NCBI RefSeq assembly: GCF_004010195.1
Contig: NC_057711.1
Span: forward strand, 73,593,399-73,657,398
Length of the DNA stretch: 64,000 nt
Reading direction: 5' to 3'
From: Chiloscyllium plagiosum
Taxonomy: Eukaryota
The notes under the pieces are model-generated. The model saw only the letters and a program-made list of their open reading frames with translations. It made no database searches and was not told where the DNA came from. A program made the position numbers and the translations under genes. How positions within the stretch are numbered: the first letter of the stretch is position 1; every line of letters starts with the position of its first letter. Below, in pieces: positions 26,455 to 39,209 of the stretch.

Positions 26455-26877
26455 GAGCAGTAAAAAGATGCTAGTTATTAACTTGCTCTCCATGGTTTTG
26501 CACAGATACATGCCTTATTCCCTTACTTATGTACAGAAAAAAAAGTCTTTTTATTCTGTCAACCGAGAAATTATAAACTATATCACACTGAAGGAAACCA
26601 TTGAAGTTATAATTCTGTTTGCTCTTTGAAAGAGCTATCCAACTACACTAGCCCTATACCCCTGCAAGTATTTCCATTTTAAATATTTAATCAATTCCTT
26701 TTTAAATATTAAAGTTGAATTTGTTTTCTCCACTCTCAGACAGTAACTTCCAGCATCTTTAAAACTAAATTCTCCTCCAACATAGACAACTGTAGTCAAT
26801 TTGTCTGACATAAATTTAGAAACTTCTCTCTCTGTGGAATACAGATGATAGAACTTTATTAGTCTCTACAGCTTCTA

Positions 26878-27049
26878 GTAGAAAGTGAGGACTGCAGATG
26901 CTGGAGGTCAGAGTCGAGAATATGGTGCTAGAAAAGCACAGCAGGTCAGGCAGCATCCGAGGAGCAGGAGAATCATCACACAAAACGTCGATTCTCCTGC
27001 TCCCCAATGCTGCCTGACCTGCTGTGATTTTCCAGCACCACAATCTCAA
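26878..27049. mobile_element. Family A fold-back mini-element (ribozyme core deleted at the turn)
   Basis: Minus arm to about 26974, plus arm from about 26984; TSD CT(C/A)TACAGCTTCTA at 26864-26877 and 27050-27063. Confidence 0.88.
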
Positions 27050-27339
27050 CTATACAGCTTCTACCTAACAATGAAGGAAGAGAACTAATGAAGACTTTCT
27101 TTATGAGGGTTCAACAAAACGAATGTTAGTCTTTACTTTTGAATGATATATAAAAGTTAAATTATTTTAAGTCATTTGGTTTCTTATTTGGTCTTCAAGT
27201 ACTTGTTAAATTTTCTTTTGAAACAAATACTAAGTCACAAAGCAATAAACTTCCCAAATGTGCATGGTGTTCAGTCCATGTGCAAATGATAAAATTAAGG
27301 TAAACATTAGCTTATAAATAAGGATTGACAGATTAATTA

Positions 27340-27580
27340 CATAGAATCTCAACTGTGCAGAAAGAAGCTATTTGGCCTATCAAGTTCACACTGACCCTCA
27401 AAAGAACATCACACCCCTACCCTTTAACCCCACATTTACCAAGGCTAATCCACATAACCTACCATCCTTGGGAGGAAACCCACAAGAAGAACGTGCAAAC
27501 ACCACACAATTACCCAAGGCTGGAATTGAGCCCAGGTACCTGGAGCTGTAAGACAGTTGTGCTGACCTCTGTGCCACACC
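27340..27580 (-). mobile_element. Degenerate HE1-type SINE
   Basis: GGAGGAAACCCAC..GTGCAAAC..CACACA..CTGGAATTGAGCCCAGG..GTGCCAC. Confidence 0.7.
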
Positions 27581-29293
27581 TATTGTGTCATTGTTTGGAG
27601 TCCTGGCATAATCCTCTGCACGCATTTGCAGCATTGACATTTATATGTCATTTGTGAACCAATAACAAAGAAAAATAGACATAGAGCAGGCTGATACTCC
27701 TATTGATTTGCAATTTTACCTTTTCTGTTTTTGGACAAGAATACCTACATTGGTGTCATGATTCAAGGGCTTGCAAAGTGTTGGTGCTCAATTAATTCCC
27801 TTGTGTTAGGTTTTAATCATGTTATGCCGTCTTGTGTTGTGAGTTAAAGAATGACTAACACATTGGGTAGCCCACAGTCGAACCCACAATGCAAAGTTAC
27901 TAAACGTACAACACAAACTTCACCTGTCATTCAGAGGGTTTTGTCAACCACAGTGTTTGGTTGGAAAACCTAATAAAATTTTTGACATCAAATTATGTTG
28001 CCTACCTGTCAGTATTATATGTCTTTAACTTCCCACCTTAACCCTTCAAAGCTATACTAGGTTGTCTGATTATCTCTTTCAAACAGCTAGTCAGGAGGTT
28101 CACTCCAGGCTCTCTTCTTGGGGTCAGGTTTTTGAGAATCTCAAATCTTTACCCCCTTATCCCACTTACATGCCTTCCATGCCCTACATACTCCATGTCT
28201 TGGCAATATTGCCCAATGCCACTCACACGTATCCACTATAGATACACCTCAGGAGCTACTTAATGGCAATAGGAAGGTTCTTGAAATGTGAACAAAAAAA
28301 TCAACAATCCAGAAGACCTGTCATTCATACACACCATATTAAATGAAAGATCCAATGAAAAAGAAATTAAATCCACTTCAAGTGTTCATTACATTGCAAA
28401 AACAAACAAGCATCTACTCAGCACATCAAAGACAGATAATCCTTTCATGACATTGCAAAACTGATCATCAAAATGTGTACTTGACTGCTGAAATAAATGT
28501 TCTTTAAAAATTTTCATAACTTAGCCAAGCATTCATATTAATAGGCTCAGTTATCCAATTATGCCATCATAGCTCCATGCAACCTCTTGAACTAAAATAG
28601 CTTTTTTCTAACTTCAAAGCAACTGGTTTATTAAGCAAATAATTTCAGCAGCAGCAAGCCATGTTTATTGGTTTCTCACATTGAACTCAGTTTCCTCTAG
28701 GATGCCATGACCCACAGTTATTTACAGAACGGTTCTGACTGCACAAAATGTGTGAGAAACCTGTAATGGGTGAATGTAATGAACAAAAGATCCTCGGACA
28801 GAAATGGAGGCAGGAATCCTGAAATCAGGCCCTGTACTTTGTCTTCCAAATCAGCCCAGCTTGGCAAAAATCCAGATCCATATATCTAAGTAGAGATGAC
28901 CATGAGGTCTGTGGAAGTGCTTTTCAGTTTTACCCCCTGAACATTAACCTGAGAGAGAGGAGACTCACTCACTATAGAGTCGATTCAATGTACATCCCTG
29001 ATTTCTTTGGACACTGAGATGAAAATTACACTCTGTATATTTGAATATAAATTTATTTGCACTGACATTTACAGCTTATAACTCTGAAAATAAGACTGTA
29101 ATAATATTTAGCTAATTATAATTACAACAAGATATTCATGCAGAGATACACTTGTTTTAAATGGATGTATTTACCATTGTTATAGGTTTAACTTAATTAT
29201 ATACTTTGTCCAGCCATAAAGTGAAGAAAAGCTTTTAACAGTAATTATAAAAAGTAAACAACCATGAAATTTGCCTTCTTATTTTCCATTCAG

Positions 29294-29550
29294 TCAATGA
29301 AAGAGCAACAGGTGGTGATGTGGATAAAAAAGCAAATGGAGTTAATTCTTCTAATCAGCCTTCTGCTCAGGGTGCCTATCCACCCAATGGAAGAGGAATG
29401 AGACTTGCTCCTCCACCACGTGTAGCTGTGACTCGACCACCAAGGCCAAGAGGACCTGGCCAGTTGCCAGGACAACCTCGTTACCCAGGACCACAGCAGT
29501 ACCATGGAGCTCACCCAAGGATGCCCAGAGGTGGTGCTGCTTATAGATAA
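29294..29550 (+). CDS. tmc1: TMC1-like terminal coding exon, Pro/Arg/Gly-rich
   Basis: ttccattcag|TC AAT; phase 1 matches exon K; open frame (V)NERATGGDVDKKANG...PPPRVAVTRPPRPRGPGQLPGQPRYPGPQQYHGAHPRMPRGGAAYR* (TAA 29548-29550); GC-rich relative to flanks. Confidence 0.78.
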
Positions 29551-29645
29551 TGTGAAAAAAAACGACTGGAATCAAACTTACTTTACGTTAAACCTAAGAT
29601 ACCATTAATTTTAAAACATGCTGATGTTTTGAGTGATTCTTTGTG

Positions 29646-29651
29646 AATAAA
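29646..29651 (+). promoter_or_regulatory. Candidate proximal polyadenylation signal of tmc1
   Basis: First AATAAA, about 95 nt after the stop; the hexamer is common in AT-rich DNA. Confidence 0.35.
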
Positions 29652-29689
29652 GTACCTAAGCCAAGAACAAAGCAATGGTATAATGTAAT

Positions 29690-29908
29690 AAGTTAAAAAT
29701 CAACAACACCAGGTTATAGGCCAACAGGTTTATTTGGAAGCACTAGCTTTCGGAGCACTGTTCCTTCATCAGGTGATCCCACAACTACCTGATAAAGTAG
29801 TGGCGCTCTGAAAACTAGTGCTTTCAAATAAACCTGTTGTACTATAATCTGGTGTTGTGTGATTTTCAACTTTGTCCATCCCAGTCCAACACCGGCGCCT
29901 CCAAATCA
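29690..29908. mobile_element. Family B fold-back mini-element just 3' of the tmc1 stop
   Basis: Inverted arms about 29690-29775 and 29787-29872; TSD GTA(T/C)AATGTAAT at 29678-29689 and 29909-29920. Confidence 0.88.
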
Positions 29909-30469
29909 GTACAATGTAATGAAGCTGTGTATGCACTCACTGCTAAATTAAACTATAACTGAATTCAGTATATATGTTACAGAAATACTTTTTGGTGACT
30001 TTTCTAATAACATCTAAGAAGACTTAATATCTCAGGATTTGAAATAAATCATAATTTTCTGACTTGCATGATCCTTTATTGCTTATACCATAAACACTAA
30101 ACAGGCAGTAAAAAAAAAATTAGTCTAATGCTATGGAATTGCTACAACAGGAAAATACACAAAAATGTCATACTGATAAATAACATACATGCAATAACTG
30201 TCTCAGCAATTGTCTCTGTAATGATGGGACTGTAAAACCTTAATCATTCTCTATTTGAGTACTGTGTGCAGTCTTGGTCTCATTGTTGTATGAAAGGTGT
30301 TGAATTATTAAATAAGGTATAGATTCACTTGTGTCTAGTATGAGGAAAAATAAAGACTAAGAAAATAAAGGATAAACATAACTGAAGTATTTAATTGAAA
30401 AGAGATCAAAAGCTGCTAAGTCTACTGGGAATATTTATTTGCACGGAAATGGGGGTTAACTACCATTTC

Positions 30470-30658
30470 CCAGACCAGGTAAGGACAGCAGATCTCTTAT
30501 CTTAAAAGGCTTTAATGAGACAATTGACAACAAAGACCGGTATTTATAAGGCTAATTCAAATTTCTCCACCTGCCCTGGTGAGAATCAAACCCATGTACC
30601 CAGAACATTAACCTGAGGTTCTAGATTAATAGTTCAATGATATTACCCCTACACCACC
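30470..30658 (-). mobile_element. Old tRNA-headed SINE remnant (related pieces at about 42264-42369, 42860-42958, 47200-47395)
   Basis: Minus head GGTGGTGTAGGGGTAAT..GGGTTTGATTCTCACC; shared CCAGACCAGGTAAGGA.GGCAG block. Confidence 0.6.
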
Positions 30659-31792
30659 TGGTGAATTGATCATCAGTCATGAGTTTGGTTGATCACATAG
30701 ATTTTGTTGTCTTTTGCAATTCTTCTTCTCCTGGGTTTCTTTGGAACTTGCACAACTGCAGTAGGCACCTCCGTATTGAATAAAGCACAATGTGTCCCTA
30801 CCCAATTGCTCCCTCAACTGGACAATAACATCATACCAGCGTTGTTCATTTTCTCTAAGCTCAGAAATGGTCTTTGAGATATAAAGATCCATGATACCAT
30901 TGCTAAGATGCATGAACTGGACGTTGCAGTCCCTCGGTGTGTGGTACTGCAACATACTCGACCTTGAAGTTATGATGATGAAGATGATCTGACTATTTGT
31001 AGGTGCGCAGGTGTTGATGAGCAAAGCCTGATGTAATTGCCAATATAGTCAGTGCATGATGATTGATGAGAAGAGGGAATTTTCCATCAGATAGATACAT
31101 ATACCAATGTTCACAAGCGTGGAAGAAGTGCTTCCTGCTCTCCAGTGGACTATTTGCATTCAGTTTCTGACAATACCCATGACATGGAAGTGAAGGATCA
31201 TTCAGTTCCTACAATGTTCTATGAAAGTATAGTTCTAATGGCATTTTGGCATCCATGAAATGAATGAAGATTAATGGTGATGCTATTTTCACCTTTTATA
31301 TATAAACTGTTGTTGGCTACACAATTGTCCATTCCCATTTTGCATTATTTTGCAGGAGCTTCCAAAGACATTTTGTGTTCTCTCTATATTTAGGGATGGA
31401 AGTTGGTAATGACTGCAACATTTGCACGAGATGAAGCAGGAAACTCATGAATGGCTTTGATCTTGTGATGTGTAGGCTGTCTCCAAGGCTGTTACACTAT
31501 AACCCTAGAGTGTCAAACTTGAATGCCAAAAATCTACATTTATGCTTTGTGAGCACAAATTGTGATATGTAAATGAAGTGAGCATCATTGATAATTACTG
31601 AATGGGTTTTACTTTGTCCTTTCATGGACAATGATGCCATCAAGTAGCATCTCCATGCCTGACAAGATGGAAGAAACAATCTTCTGGAATGTGCTATGTG
31701 CAGATTTTAATGTGTGTAACATTCTGTGCTGCTGAAAACACATCTTTCTGAGTAATGTAAGCAGCAAGGTGTTGGCTGTGCTGTACTAGAAC

Positions 31793-31890
31793 AGTCCTGA
31801 AGAAGGGTTGCACCCAAAAAGTTGACTTCTCCACCTCCTGATGCTGACTGGCTTGCTATGTTCTTCTAGCCTCCTGCTTGTCTACTTTGC
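31793..31890 (+). mobile_element. Family A variant mini-element
   Basis: AGTC-CTGAAGA-A-GGGT-TGC-ACCC-AAAA-AGTT-GACT..GATGCTGACTGGCTTGCT. Confidence 0.75.
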
Positions 31891-32269
31891 TCTACTCGAG
31901 GCAGCTAGAAACTGCTGCATTAAGTATTGAGCTTTGTGGAAGCCGGAGTCATGAAATTATGCTGATATTTCTTGGATTGTGGGAAATGGTTACTTGTCTG
32001 GGTTGATAACTTTGTTGATGACCTTAAGTTGACACATAGTTTAAATGTGATATTTTTGTGTTGTCTAATAGCTAGGCTTGATAACCATGACCATAAGTTG
32101 ATAAACTCAAATACAACATTTGCTTACAGTCATTTCAGCTCCTCTGGCACTTTGAGATTGATTGCAAATGGCAACTATTCCAAGTTTTGCAAAAGTGGAG
32201 AAATTGATGTGTGAACATGAAGTGCAGAAGATCTTAATCTTCTCAAACCTGGTAAATAAGGAAAGACAG

Positions 32270-32606
32270 TTAGAATTTGAATCTCTACAGTGTGGAAACA
32301 GGCCCTTCAACCCAAAAAGTCCACACTGACCCTCTGAAAAGTAACCCACCCAGACCTACTACAGTTTATTTACCCCTGACCAATGCACTTAACCTACACA
32401 TCCCTGAACACTATGGGCAATTTAGCATTGCCAATTCACTTAACCTGCACATCTTTGGATTGTGGGAGGAAACCAGAGCACCCGGAGGAAACCCACACAG
32501 ATACAGGGAGAACATGCAAACTCCACACAGACAGTTGCCTGAGACTGGAATCGAACCCAGGTCCCTGGTGCTGTGAGGCAGCAGTGCTGATCACTGAGCC
32601 ACCCCA
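32270..32606 (-). mobile_element. HE1-type shark SINE, near full length
   Basis: Same head, central domain and tail as 25630-25963. Confidence 0.92.
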
Positions 32607-35269
32607 CATTTGGTAGTATAAAATTTGAGTCTTGCTGAAAGAAGACACATTTCAGAAATACTCAAAGAAGGAAAGATATCAGCATGTGCATTCTGCTCTG
32701 AGACAATCTGTCACCTTCTTGTGGATCAGTACTGCATCCAGACTGTCCATCTCTGTCATGATCCCTGAAATCTATTAGTCCCATGACATGACTGCACTTG
32801 GAGAAGAAATAAATAGTGTTGGAGCCAGTACATTTCAACTTTTCTCTAACATTCTCTTTAACATTGACTTTGCTGATTCTCCTTCTCCTTTGATGCTGCC
32901 TGACCTGCTGCACTTTTCCAGCAACACATTTTTCAGTTTTGCTGCACATTTGTCTGCCCCGGACACTGCAGACATAATACGAGTGCGACAGGTTTTATTC
33001 ACAGGGTTTTAAAATGCTGATCCATACTTACAGTTCCAGTTTCCAGCCTTTTCCACAGTTTGTTTACTTTACTCTGAGTCACCTAGCTTAGCCAAAGAAA
33101 CATAATTAATTCCTTCATGACATATTAGGCTTCATAATTCATGTATCCTCACATGACTCTGCAGGCCAGTTCTGGAGCTACAAGTCTTTGAGCAAAGAAG
33201 ATTGGCATTTCTCTAAGGAAAGGCGGTGAGTTCAGGGGTGGGGGTTGGAAATGTTCTCACATTAGGCTTCTGCTCTCTGTCCTTTTGCTTGCATTTCTAC
33301 TCCACAAACGCCAGAGTTTATGCGGTCAGTTTCCGACCGTGTTATGCTGGATGCTCCCCCTTGTGGGGGAGACAAGAATTATGGGTCACAGTTTAAGAAA
33401 AGTCGAAAAACAGGTTCTTCATCAGAAGAAAACAAAATCTCACTTTTAAAATGGAGTTTAAGGAGGTTTTTGTTCACTCAGAGAGTTGTTAATCCCTGGA
33501 ATTCTCTTTCCCAGAAAACAGTTGGGGCTTGGTGTTTCCAATTGAACATATCATTCTCATTGAACCAGTCTTGATGCTTGTGAGCTTCAAACCTGATGCA
33601 TTTCTCTTGGATTGCAAACTTGATCGTTTCTCAAGGTCCTTCCACACTACCATCATAAAACCTTCTGAGTGCAGGATAGGAAAAAAAAGTTGCACCGGAA
33701 TTGTTTTGTTGCTTTTGCATTCTGAAAAAATATGGGCTGTTATGAGGTTTCATGAATTCCTTTGAGGATCATACATGTTTGAGAGTCAACATTGGCTCAT
33801 GTGGAACATAAAAGTCTTTGGTCTTTCCAGCCATCATTTATAGATGAGATGATATACATATCCTTTCTCTGTTGGGTTCAGACAATAACATAATTCAGGA
33901 AGTGTTAATGCTTGGATTTCAGATATTTTCATGTTGTTTTTCTGATGAAAGATTGTCTTTGTGACAGTGAGTCGATATTCAGTGCAACCACTGAGGAGGA
34001 AGAGGAAACCGTTGGCATTTGATTTCCCCACCACTTCATTGCCACGGTACCTTTAAAGACAATTGCCTCCAAGCCCAAAATTAAAAACTTCCAATCATTT
34101 CAATTTGTCTAATTATCTAAATAGAATGCATATCTGTATTGAATCTGAGTCTGCATAAATTCCTTTGGAAACTTGAAATGGTACGTTTAATAATAGTACC
34201 GAAACAAGTGGATAAAGCACAAATTGAGAAAATACTTAAATATATAAAATAAAATTATTTCTTAATGTTTTGTAGTGCTGTTGATAGTAATTGTGAAGTG
34301 TTAGTGGTTATATTGTGTGCCTGTTTCAAGTCATCATAAGTTTTCATGCTTAACTATTTTAATATTCACTAGCACTCAAACAACATTTAATCTTTTAGAA
34401 TTAATTGATTTATTCGTTATTAATGTTGACCAGGTTTATTCTGACATTCTCAAATAATTTGGTTCATAAGCTTAAGTCTTGTTTCTAATTATAATGCTGT
34501 CCTGTCAATTTGACCTTGAACTGATTTTAGTTCATTTATTTCAGTTTTGCTCTCCATGGAACTCTTCTAAAATTGAAGCTTTGACTAATTCTGTCTACAC
34601 TGTATCATCCTTGTTGTACGAAGTGATGATAATGTACTTAAACAAATCTGAAAGACAGAAAAAACCCCATCAGATTTTAGCTTCATTCAATAACGTCATG
34701 AAGCAATTTCCTACAGCTGTAAAGATTAACAAGGTTGCTTTTGGTTAAATGAGAAAAGTCATATCATAAAGGACATCCATTGCTCAGGGAGCTCATAATT
34801 TAGTTGTTATTAGGAGCCATTATTAATTTGCAGCCATACTCTCCTGTGCCTCAATCCCTCCCAGAAGTATTCCTGCTGTCAGCAAGCTGTAGGGATGAGT
34901 GTGAGGTCTCTTACATATGGTAATCAGCAGCATGAGACATGTTTCTGGAATCTAATGGGAAAAGTAGGAAAAAATACTGAACCAAGCATAGCACTGGAAA
35001 TGTTTCTCTCAATTTTCAATGTCTACAACGGGCCACCGCAGTGCCCAGACAAGTTCTGTTTATTCTTCTTATTATTATCAATTATAGGGTAAAGATGTCA
35101 ACTTCACCCCTCTCACTCCATATCAAGAAGATCTACATCAGAATGCTGACTTTGTGACAAAGTTGCCTGTATTGTATAGATGAAATTTAAGGTTCAATTT
35201 GCAGCAAACCACCTTCCACTTTGGGTGCAAGTTGTAAGCCCACACCCAAAATGACGATGGGATAAAATC

Positions 35270-35915
35270 ATAAGAACATGAGAAATAGGAGGAGTGCATT
35301 ATATGATCCCTTGAATCTTCTTTGCCATTCAGTATGATTGTGGCTGATCACCTAGCTGAACCCCACTTCTTGTCTGCTCCCCATATACTTTGATTCCCTG
35401 AAAAACCAAAAATCTGTTAATCACAGCCTCAAACATATTCAACAATAGAACATTGAAGGTAGATAATTATAAGGATTCAAAAAGCTCTGAGTAAAGAACT
35501 TGCCCTTCAGCACATCCCTAAATGATAGCCTCTTATCCTGAGATTGTGCCTGTGTTCCAATTTGCCAGTCAAATGAAACAACTTCCTACTGTCTATCCTT
35601 GTCATGAGAATCTTTCACGTTCCAATGCAAATATCTTTCTTTCTTTGGATCTCCAAAGAATATAGAACCAATCTATTCAATTTCTTATCTTTGGACAATC
35701 CTGTCATTCTGGTACTCAACCTTTGTTGTACTGCCTCTATTGGGAGTATACCTTTATTCAAGCATGGAGACCAAAATTACACACATTACTCTGGGTGTGA
35801 TCTCACTGAAGCAATTGTAGAGAGACTTATAATTCTTCTTTCTAATCCCCTTGCAATAAAGACCAACATGTATTTTGCGCTTCTAAATTGCTTGCTGTAC
35901 CAATAAGCTAACTGT
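35270..35915 (-). mobile_element. Old CR1 LINE 3' fragment
   Basis: CATAAGAACAT-type tail; GGAGACCAAAATTACACACATTACTC (reverse strand encodes the EYC.QFWSP motif). Confidence 0.75.
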
Positions 35916-36039
35916 TTGAAGACATGTAATTATACCTTTACTGGAGTAGCTGGCTTGCTGTAGTTATCTGGCCTCTGCAGTTGTTGTCAGTGTCTCTGTG
36001 TATGGTGTGTGGCAGCCACCAAACGCAGATCACTTTGAT

Positions 36040-37040
36040 CATGGCGTCAGAGTGGAGCAGGTGGAAATACATGGGTCTTCAGAGCTGTAAGAAAGTCAGC
36101 TGCAGAAAAAAATACAACTTTGAGATACTGGGTGACTCAAAGTGGTTCATGTGGGACAGAATCGGTATTTTTATACTCTTTGTGGCAAAATTCTGATATA
36201 GCGATAGAACTAATTTCAACATCTGAGCAAATAAGGGTTGAAACACAACAATCAGTGCTACAGGAAGAGTGCTACAAGCTGCATTGCAACACATATCTGA
36301 CTGAAGAGCACAAAAAAAACAGATTATGGAAATTTAAAAGATTTGAAGACACAGTTTGAACCCTGTAATAATTTTATGTAGTAATGATATCTGATCAACA
36401 ACCAACTTCACAGGGAAACTGTTTACCAGTGTCTCAATAGTGATACATCTAGCTGTATCCTGTGGGTTTGAATGACTGTAAGATGATCTCATCAGTGTTA
36501 GCATTATCTTAGGCATTAGAGATCTTGTCATGAGAGCACATCTACTGAGAGAGGAGAAACTTACTTTCAAGAAAGCTATTGGCCTGAAAAAGCTCTGAAA
36601 TTGTCAATCATTATCTTAGAGCATATTAATGAGATGACAGACATGGCTTTGCATTATGCCGAGAGTTGTTTCAGGCTGAACAACAACAATAGATTGGGAA
36701 AAAGAAATAAGTATTTGCAGAAAGATCAAGGCAGATGCAGGGTGTAAATATTGGCGAGGTCATCAGCCAAAAGAAAAAGGAAGCATATCTCACATGGGGA
36801 AAGTAATGTTCTAACTGCAAGAAGCTGAATCATCACACACACAAGTGCGTAACTAAAAAGAAGCAAAATGAGCTCATATCGATGGCTGCTGTCGAGATGT
36901 CAGTTGATGATTCTGATATAACAATTTACTCAAAGAACAGGTTGGCTTCAACAGGCCTAAAGGTGATGAATGTTCATGATTATTAGAATGATAACTAAAG
37001 AAGTGAATGTGAACTATCAGATGGACAGCTGTGCTTGCTA
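36040..37040 (+). mobile_element. Decayed Ty3/Gypsy-like gag and start of protease
   Basis: Frameshifted pieces AIELISTSEQIRVE, EI*KRFE..FEP, DDLISVSIILGIRD..RAHLLREEKLTFKKAI, zinc-knuckle-like CKY..H and WGK*CSNCKKLNH..KC, then YQMDSCAC (D-S/T-G-A like). Confidence 0.7.
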
Positions 37041-37042
37041 CA

Positions 37043-37330
37043 TTAGATTAGGTTAGATTAGATTCCTTATAGTGTGGAAACAGACCCTTCAGTCCAACCC
37101 GTTCATACCGACCAGATATCCCAACCCAATCTAGTCCCACCTGCCAGCACCCGGACCATATCCCTCCAAACCCTTCCTATTCATATACCCATCCAAATGC
37201 CTTTTAAATGTTGCAATTGTACTAGCCTTCACCACTTCCTCTGGCAGCTCATTCCATACACGTACCATCCTCTGCGTGAAAATGTTGCCCCTTAGGTCTC
37301 TTTCAGACTAGATTGGGTTGGGATATCTTT
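37043..37330 (-). mobile_element. CR1/HER1 3' end with a short inverted piece at its 5' junction
   Basis: Very similar to 16075-16313; (TTAGA)n tail; 37306-37328 is the reverse complement of about 37114-37136. Confidence 0.9.
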
Positions 37331-37997
37331 CAGACCTTGGGTATGCAGGAACAGAAGCAAACAAATCTCAGACCCCCTTATTTCTATAGCCTATGCGCAG
37401 AATGAGGCATTATTTCTTTGACAGGCCTGAAGAGAATAATGGCTTGTGTGAATTTTTCTTTTGATTTATTCACACTCAATTCTTCCCCTTTAATGTCCAC
37501 TCATTCCCTTCCCCCTCTGCCACCATTCTCTGTAGATACTCTGCTTTCCTTTGGCATCCCCTGTATCATGCATGAATCTCCCTTTGTTAGTTTTGACCCA
37601 CTCACAACTTCCCAATCTCCCTAAGCTTTCCCATGAGCTAACACCCATCCAGTGTCCCATGTTCACACTCATCCTTGCCCTTCTTCAATTCACCTGTTTC
37701 TTCAGCCTCACCAGTTCACTTCATGACCTTATTTTGTTTCCCACTCTCTTCTACCCTTCCTTGTCCCCCTTTCCCCATCACTGATACTCTGCCCTTTTTG
37801 TCTGAGTTACCTATTTCCATTCCCTAGGATATTTTTGGCACTATAGCAAATACATCCTTTAATCTCTTTGCCTTACCTCTCCACACTTACCTGTTGATCC
37901 CCTTTCCTTTGACTCCAGCAGCTTCAGTTGGACAGGTTGGATGTGTTGATCAGTTGCATCCCTTGCCCTGAAATTGGAAGACAACAACTACACATTG

Positions 37998-38220
37998 CAA
38001 GAGTAAATAGATGGGATGCTGGAAAAGCACGGCAGGTCAGACAGCATCCAAGGATCAGGAAAGTCAATGTTTTCGGCCAAAATCCTTTATCAGGGCTGGG
38101 GAAGGGTTTCGGCCGAAACATTGACTTTCCTGATCCCCAGGTGCTCTCTGACCTGCTGTGCTCTTCCAGCTTCACATCTATTGACTCTGGCTTCCAGCAT
38201 CTGCAGTCCTTACTGTCTCC
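37998..38220. mobile_element. Family A fold-back mini-element
   Basis: Minus arm about 37998-38093, plus arm about 38096-38190 plus tail CCAGCATCTGCAGTCCTTACTGTCTCC. Confidence 0.85.
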
Positions 38221-39209
38221 AACTGCAATACTGGTTGTAAATGAGACTTCTTATGAGCTGAATGGACCAGTCAAAATATATCCTTTCCACTGTAATAGTC
38301 CAAGGAAAGAATGCCTTGGTTATAAAGGACCTAGGCCACTAAAGAAGTGCATACTCTCGAGAGCTGTCAGGAAAAGTCTTCCTCATAGATGATCAGGCTT
38401 GTGAGCATGTTTTTTTTTCCAGCTTTTGCCTGGCAAGATTACATCAGCAAGTGTAATTCCTGTGTGCTGGGCTATTGATGTATATTTATGATAAAGGCTT
38501 GAAAAGATGTTCTCAATCATCATGGTCAGGAAGGCCGGTCTGCTTTAGAAGTTCTGAGAACTTAGTACCAAAGCGTTAAGCTGATGTCAGAGGTCTCTGG
38601 CTCAATTAATCTCCCCCCCTCACCTTTCTAAAGGTTCTACTCAGGGTTTCGATGTTCAGGATCACAGAGCTTGAAAGCAGTGCCTCAAAATGAAAGGGAG
38701 AAAATTAATGGAAATTTTGCGAAAAATGAACAAATCTTAAAATATGAATATTTGAAAACTGACTTAAGAGGAATGAAATATAAAATATTGCCACTGGAGG
38801 GCAGTATTGTTCTCCTACAAGGTTTTAAACGACAAAAAGCAGGAATTGGTCTGAGTCTGTTTACTGTCAACACACTGGAAGAGGAGAAAGGCACTTTCTA
38901 AGATGGAAAATCAGTAATATTGGAGATAAACATATTATTTTGAAGTCTGCTAGATAGGTCAGACTAATTTGTCTCATTTGCAAGTTTTTTTGTCCCCACT
39001 GGTTTTTAAAACAGTTCTTTTTAAATGTCTTGCTCCTTGCATTGAAGTCTGTTGACAGTGGAAGTTGCATCTTCAAATAAACACCGAGTGAAGGCTGATG
39101 ATGCTGAGGAAGGATTTGAAGCGGACTAAGCAAATGAAGCAGGAATAAAGGATATAAATTTAAGAATAAAGGTACTTTTGTGTTGCCTAATATTGATACC
39201 AACAGCTGA

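Noticed and set aside
30677..31500. 115 aa minus-strand ORF and neighbouring sequence as a possible transposase remnant
   Set aside because: No diagnostic motif that I could identify with confidence.
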